Shown here: one piece after another, positions 23,361 through 26,646 of the stretch
Position numbering within the stretch: position 1 is the stretch's first letter
How the letters are laid out: each line of letters starts with the position of its first letter
Source of the DNA: a virus
Lineage: Duplodnaviria; Caudoviricetes
IMG/VR virus record: IMGVR_UViG_3300033076_000845
Span: 1 to 26,646 of that record
DNA length: 26,646 bases
Direction: 5' to 3' (one strand)
The notes under the pieces: generated by a model
Database searches by the model: none
What the model was told of the DNA's origin: nothing
What the model saw: only the letters and a program-made list of their open reading frames with translations
Position numbers and translations under genes: made by a program

Positions 23361-23845
23361 ATTGCTTTCTCCAATGCTTGCAGCCTGGCGTTTTCCAGTA
23401 GCTGCGGGTTGTCTTTGCCGCCGAGCAGTTCGGAGGCTTTGGAATGCGTGAACACTTCGACCAGCTTGTCGGTGTCGGTCTCGTTGTCAGGGTTAGGGAG
23501 AAAGTTCGTCCACACCGCGTCTTCCAGCGCAAGAGCGGCGTTCTTCGTTCCCGGCTTCACCGTCACAGTGCAAGGCGCTTCAAGCGTCACAGTCCCTGCA
23601 TCAGTGACAAGCTCCAACTTGCCTTTGGACAAGATGGCCAAGTTCTCGGACTTGTGAACTGCGCCAATCAGCGTCACGCCCTTTGGAATCGTGATTTCCC
23701 GCGCATACATGCCGTTGGCGAAGTAGTGCCGCACAGGGCATTCAGCCTGCGGCATGGAGTACATGGACCGCTCCAACGTCTCGACCTTCTGGCGCATCGT
23801 TGTGACGGGCTTCATCGTCACCAGATCGAACTTGTAGGAGATCAA
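23357..23845 (-). CDS. cupin-fold protein in the virion morphogenesis module
   Basis: H.F..GMYAREI.IPKG...G.VHK...LSKG...PG.K pattern; start may be slightly downstream. Confidence 0.72.
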   Translation of the reverse strand: MISYKFDLVTMKPVTTMRQKVETLERSMYSMPQAECPVRHYFANGMYAREITIPKGVTLIGAVHKSENLAILSKGKLELVTDAGTVTLEAPCTVTVKPGTKNAALALEDAVWTNFLPNPDNETDTDKLVEVFTHSKASELLGGKDNPQLLENARLQALEKAI

Positions 23846-24093
23846 ACTACAGCCCCCGAAGCATCGCGCCAGACCGTCGGATTCACGGCAGACACATAAA
23901 CCGGCTTGTTCAACGATGTGTCATAGAACTGGCGACCGATCCATAGACCAGAGACGGGCCGATTCGAAGTTGAGCCGCTTTGAGGAATGCTCAGCACATA
24001 GTTGTGGGTCGTTGACTGCCATTGCATCCATGTCCGGTACGACATGCGGCGCTCATCAACAAGGGGATCATTGGATGGGAGTTCGTAGCTCAC
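23842..24093 (-). CDS. small virion protein (P22 gp26/gp14 position)
   Basis: P...PLVD...W.QW N-terminus and G.T..RP...G..FYDT.L.KP...W.DA.G C-terminal motif. Confidence 0.7.
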   Translation of the reverse strand: MSYELPSNDPLVDERRMSYRTWMQWQSTTHNYVLSIPQSGSTSNRPVSGLWIGRQFYDTSLNKPVYVSAVNPTVWRDASGAVV

Positions 24094-25718
24094 TTCGTCA
24101 CCCTCCCCCAGGCAGCGACAAAGACGACCTTCACAGGGTCAGTCACGCGGAACTTAAAGACCCAATCACGAGACCTGCCGAGTCGTCTCCAAACTGCTCG
24201 GTAGAGGTACTGGCCTACACGACCAAAAGACCTCCACAGTTCATTTCCCCAGGTGTGTCCACCATCGCGGGAGATTTGCATCATCACCTGCGGGTCGGCT
24301 CCTTGGCCCAACTGGAGGCCTACACCGGACTCCATCTCAAGCCAAAGCTCCGGGATGAATGTGAAATCGCCAACCGACTGATGCCGCGAGACGAACTCAC
24401 GAACAATCATCTGACCATCGTCTGTATAGATGTCGGGCTCAACCTTGTAGAGCTTTCCGTTCTGGAAATCCGCCCCGTAGATCGTTCCAAGCAACTGGAC
24501 CGTGCCTTGCACTCGATGCAGACCTCCATACGACTCCAGGCGGCTCCAAGAGCGCGATTGGCCGTCGTACAGCCAGGACTTACCAACGGTAGGGAAATTG
24601 ATCTGGTAGAACGGATGCCCATTGAGCATGTAGGCGAATCCCGTCGCGTTCGACGTGTCGCCATAGGTCGTGAATTCGGCTTCAACTTGTGGGTTGCTGA
24701 TCGGCTGAACTTGAGCGCCCGCCATCAGGCAAACCTGCACTTGACCAAGCCTGTTTCGGCCCAGGAAAGCCATGGAGTTCATGTACTTCGCCAAGCTCCA
24801 GCGAGCCTCAAGACCCCACTCAACAGCGCCACCGCCGACCTTTGCATAGGGGAAATCTGCAGCCCCAGAATCGCCCCAAATCTCCGTCGTCGTCACCCCG
24901 AACAGGTACAACTGCCCCGAGTCGGCCATGCATCTGACAAGGTTGTCAGGCGCGAACTCAGCAGTCGCAAAATCAAGCCCATCAAACGATGAACCATCAA
25001 TCAACTGAGAACACCAGAACTTGCCCGAATTGGGCTCGGTGATGATGAACCGCTGATTTAGGAAGGTGACGGTATCTGCACCGGGGAAATCCGCGTCAGA
25101 GATCCGCGCAAAGGCAGATGCAATGACATAAGAACCAACAGGTGAGGCAGACGACCCGGGATCGCTCGCCATCACATATGTCAGCGTACTGGCACCTGTG
25201 GCGGTGATTGTGAAAGTGCCGTTGTACTGAGCGGGGGACGCGCCAGACACCGTGATCTGCATTCCCGTCGAAAGAACATGCGGCTCTGCCGTGGTTAGCG
25301 TGGCCGTGGTGCCTACTCGGGTGATCGTGGAGATGGTCTTTGGCGTCAATTCCACGCCGTAGATGTACCCATTCGGGCCATCCACAATCATGATCTGAAC
25401 GCCGTTATCGGAGATGTCAACCCGACCAGAATCGGTGTTCAGCGTGCCAACTTGCGTGTAGCTACCATCGTTTGCCACACGGTAGAACTTGTCCCGGTTG
25501 ACGATGTAGTTGAAGTTGCCGAGCTGATACCAACCACGGGAGGGGAAAGCACCAAAGTCCACGAAAGCCAGAAGGCCAGGCGTCCCGTACATGGTCAGGA
25601 CATGCTTTTCCGGGTCTTCGTTCACCTCAACGTAGAGGTTCAGGCGCTCTTGATCGTTGACATTGACCGACTTGGCTTGGTTGCCAATGCCAAACAGAGG
25701 GATCGGGCGCAGATTCAC
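24090..25718 (-). CDS. tail hub / packaged-DNA stabilisation protein (P22 gp10-like)
   Basis: TPGL...G..P.RG, A.AE..PD, FG..TTE.W...G...FP, S.DGG.TW...G..G.Y...WRRLG motifs. Confidence 0.9.
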   Translation of the reverse strand: MNLRPIPLFGIGNQAKSVNVNDQERLNLYVEVNEDPEKHVLTMYGTPGLLAFVDFGAFPSRGWYQLGNFNYIVNRDKFYRVANDGSYTQVGTLNTDSGRVDISDNGVQIMIVDGPNGYIYGVELTPKTISTITRVGTTATLTTAEPHVLSTGMQITVSGASPAQYNGTFTITATGASTLTYVMASDPGSSASPVGSYVIASAFARISDADFPGADTVTFLNQRFIITEPNSGKFWCSQLIDGSSFDGLDFATAEFAPDNLVRCMADSGQLYLFGVTTTEIWGDSGAADFPYAKVGGGAVEWGLEARWSLAKYMNSMAFLGRNRLGQVQVCLMAGAQVQPISNPQVEAEFTTYGDTSNATGFAYMLNGHPFYQINFPTVGKSWLYDGQSRSWSRLESYGGLHRVQGTVQLLGTIYGADFQNGKLYKVEPDIYTDDGQMIVREFVSRHQSVGDFTFIPELWLEMESGVGLQLGQGADPQVMMQISRDGGHTWGNELWRSFGRVGQYLYRAVWRRLGRSRDWVFKFRVTDPVKVVFVAAWGRVTK

Positions 25719-26425
25719 AGCGGCTGGCCCGAGTAGATGTTGAACTGGCCGTTGTGCGGCAGGCTCGCGGCGGGGTAAGACATCTGCAGCGGGACGAAAT
25801 TCGTCCTTGCCAGCGTCTTGCGGGTCAGCATGGCGTGCTTTGCCACCGCCATCGGAACCTGTCGCTCGTACTCAGGCGCGAGGCGTTCGGCCAGGTTGAA
25901 ATCGATGAAATCCTTGTAGCCAGGAGGCAGCGGAAGGTCCGTCGTCAGCGCTGGGATCGACTGAAGAACCTTGGTAGACCACAACTTGACCGATATTGCC
26001 GTGGCTGGCGTGGGCCACAGGGTGATCGTGCTGTCCGGGAACGTGGGGTTGCACCAGATGTATTGCGGGATCGTGGTGTTCAGGCCCTTCAGCGAAATCT
26101 CGTTGTACTCATCGACAGAGATAGGCTCAAGCGGGTAGCTCACGTCGCCCCAATCGAAGTAGCAACTGGTCAGCAGAGAGACCGGACGCACCGTGGCGAC
26201 GGTCCCTGTCGGGCCGACGGTGTAGCTCGAAGTCGCCGGGGCCCAGGCGATGACATCCAACGACGGCGCATAGATAACCTGCTTGTCGTTGGCGAACGAG
26301 TCAAGCATGGCATTGAGCGCGGTCAATCCATCCGCTGCTTCGTCGTCAGAAGGCGTCTCACCAATGGAAAGAACACCAATCAGACGCATGGCCCGCTTGA
26401 TGCTGTCGAGCGCCGTTGCCATCAC
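25715..26425 (-). CDS. head-tail adaptor (P22 gp4-like)
   Basis: I..A.R.IGV...GE.P...E..D.L..LN.ML and P.GY......NLA.RLAPEY motifs. Confidence 0.85.
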   Translation of the reverse strand: MMATALDSIKRAMRLIGVLSIGETPSDDEAADGLTALNAMLDSFANDKQVIYAPSLDVIAWAPATSSYTVGPTGTVATVRPVSLLTSCYFDWGDVSYPLEPISVDEYNEISLKGLNTTIPQYIWCNPTFPDSTITLWPTPATAISVKLWSTKVLQSIPALTTDLPLPPGYKDFIDFNLAERLAPEYERQVPMAVAKHAMLTRKTLARTNFVPLQMSYPAASLPHNGQFNIYSGQPL

Positions 26426-26604
26426 TGAGCCTTTGCAGGACGACCGCGCTTCTTCGGTGCGTCAGCCACAGGCTTGTCAGGGTCGAGGTCTGCGACCTCA
26501 AAGCCTTCTGCAGCATCTTCCTGGGCTTCGTCGTGAACGATCACGTACTCTGCATGGATGTCGCCGCCTTTGTAGAGCAGCTTCGGGAATTCTTGGTGTT
26601 CCAT
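26422..26604 (-). CDS. small head-associated protein
   Basis: E.PK.LY...IV....E N-terminus and KKRGRP C-terminus; GGGG RBS; coupled to the adaptor gene. Confidence 0.7.
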   Translation of the reverse strand: MEHQEFPKLLYKGGDIHAEYVIVHDEAQEDAAEGFEVADLDPDKPVADAPKKRGRPAKAQ

Positions 26605-26620
26605 GGTGTCCCCAATGGAT

Positions 26621-26642
26621 GGCCCCAGCCGAAGCCGGGGCC
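26621..26642 (-). other. stable cUUCGg hairpin in the late mRNA
   Basis: Minus strand: GGCCCCGGC-TTCG-GCTGGGGCC; no U-tract follows. Confidence 0.6.
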
Positions 26643-26646
26643 TTGG

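Noticed and set aside
23916-24992. 358-aa plus-strand ORF
   Set aside because: Antisense shadow of the gp10-like gene; no recognisable motifs or RBS.

Overview
This window is part of a temperate, lambdoid/P22-like podovirus genome, about 60% GC, probably from a betaproteobacterial host (inference). It appears to be the excised or virion form, because a candidate attP (tRNA-Leu-like 3' end) lies intact between xis and int. Positions 1-3880 (minus) hold the PR operon: cro, cII-like, a replication initiator with an 11-bp iteron array, ninB and a VRR-NUC-like nuclease. Positions 3971-4986 (plus) hold cI and a lipoprotein. The long PL early operon (5144-14604, plus) carries an ERF recombinase, an SSB-like protein, a C5 DNA methyltransferase, mosaic accessory genes, a TGT/DpdA-like plus QueF-L-like pair, an ASCH protein, a small alarmone-hydrolase-like HD protein and xis; int follows. 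The converging late operon (minus, 15761-26604) holds head-tail adaptors, three DNA-ejection proteins, a tail fibre and the lysis cassette. The most notable observations are: (1) a compact TGT-like + T-fold two-gene module suggesting base modification using host 7-deazaguanine precursors; (2) a methyltransferase whose missing motif IX appears in an overlapping +1 reading frame, with permuted N-terminal motifs; (3) a switch built on leaderless genes, including a CII-type PRE whose transcript begins at an ATG in frame with cI; (4) an unannotated 53-aa antisense membrane protein in the P22 sieA position; (5) 22-bp linker repeats in mosaic early genes. All family assignments come from motif recognition by eye, not database searches.
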